Shown in pieces: positions 31,967 to 32,000 of a DNA stretch of 32,000 nucleotides; within the stretch, counting starts at the first letter, position 1; each line of letters opens with the position of its first letter. The stretch is from Chlamydiota bacterium. Lineage in GTDB: Bacteria; Auribacterota; JACPWU01. The notes under the pieces are model-generated. The model saw only the letters and a program-made list of their open reading frames with translations, was not told the origin of the DNA and searched no databases. The stretch spans positions 1-32,000 of the forward strand of contig JACPWU010000021.1 of the NCBI GenBank assembly GCA_016196885.1, given 5' to 3'. A program made the translations under genes and the position numbers.

Positions 31967-32000
31967 GAGAACCCGTGTATTTTTGAACAACCCCCCAAAC

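Overview
This window looks like a core chromosomal segment of a diderm (LPS- and BamA-containing) bacterium. All calls rest on motif recognition in the supplied translations and on reading the DNA directly; no database search was run.

Gene content:
- About 30 housekeeping genes lie on the minus strand in one 26-kb co-directional array.
- In transcription order they are purN, nth-like, hisG, a 28-aa bS22-like ORF absent from the ORF track, ispE, spoVG, (tRNA-Gln on the opposite strand), glmU, prs, rplY/ctc, pth, rpsF, ssb, rpsR, rplI and dnaB.
- They continue with bamA, skp, lpxD, lpxC, fabZ, lpxA, lpxI, a Gfo/Idh/MocA oxidoreductase, lpxB, msbA, a DUF374 protein, rpsB, tsf, pyrH and frr.
- The right end carries a plus-strand sigma-54 response regulator, glnD and a SAM methyltransferase.

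Non-routine observations:
1. The tRNA(UUU) gene at the left end is split in its anticodon loop by a 237-nt ORF-less group I intron with a recognisable P1-P9 core.
2. Nearly every spacer longer than about 65 nt holds an imperfect hairpin whose arms are short tandem arrays with a 7-nt (sometimes 8-nt) period. The repeated word is locus-specific. Several arms run into CDS 3' ends and supply the last codons. I regard this as the most unusual and least explained signal in the window.
3. There is a REP/MITE-like palindromic element in two copies, one of them nested inside a perfect 23-bp palindrome. There is also a pair of about 78-bp direct repeats that exactly bracket hisG.
4. SpoVG carries a CxxC-x10-CxxC zinc-ribbon insertion.

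Several ORF-track starts are repeat-derived extensions, and I have trimmed them.
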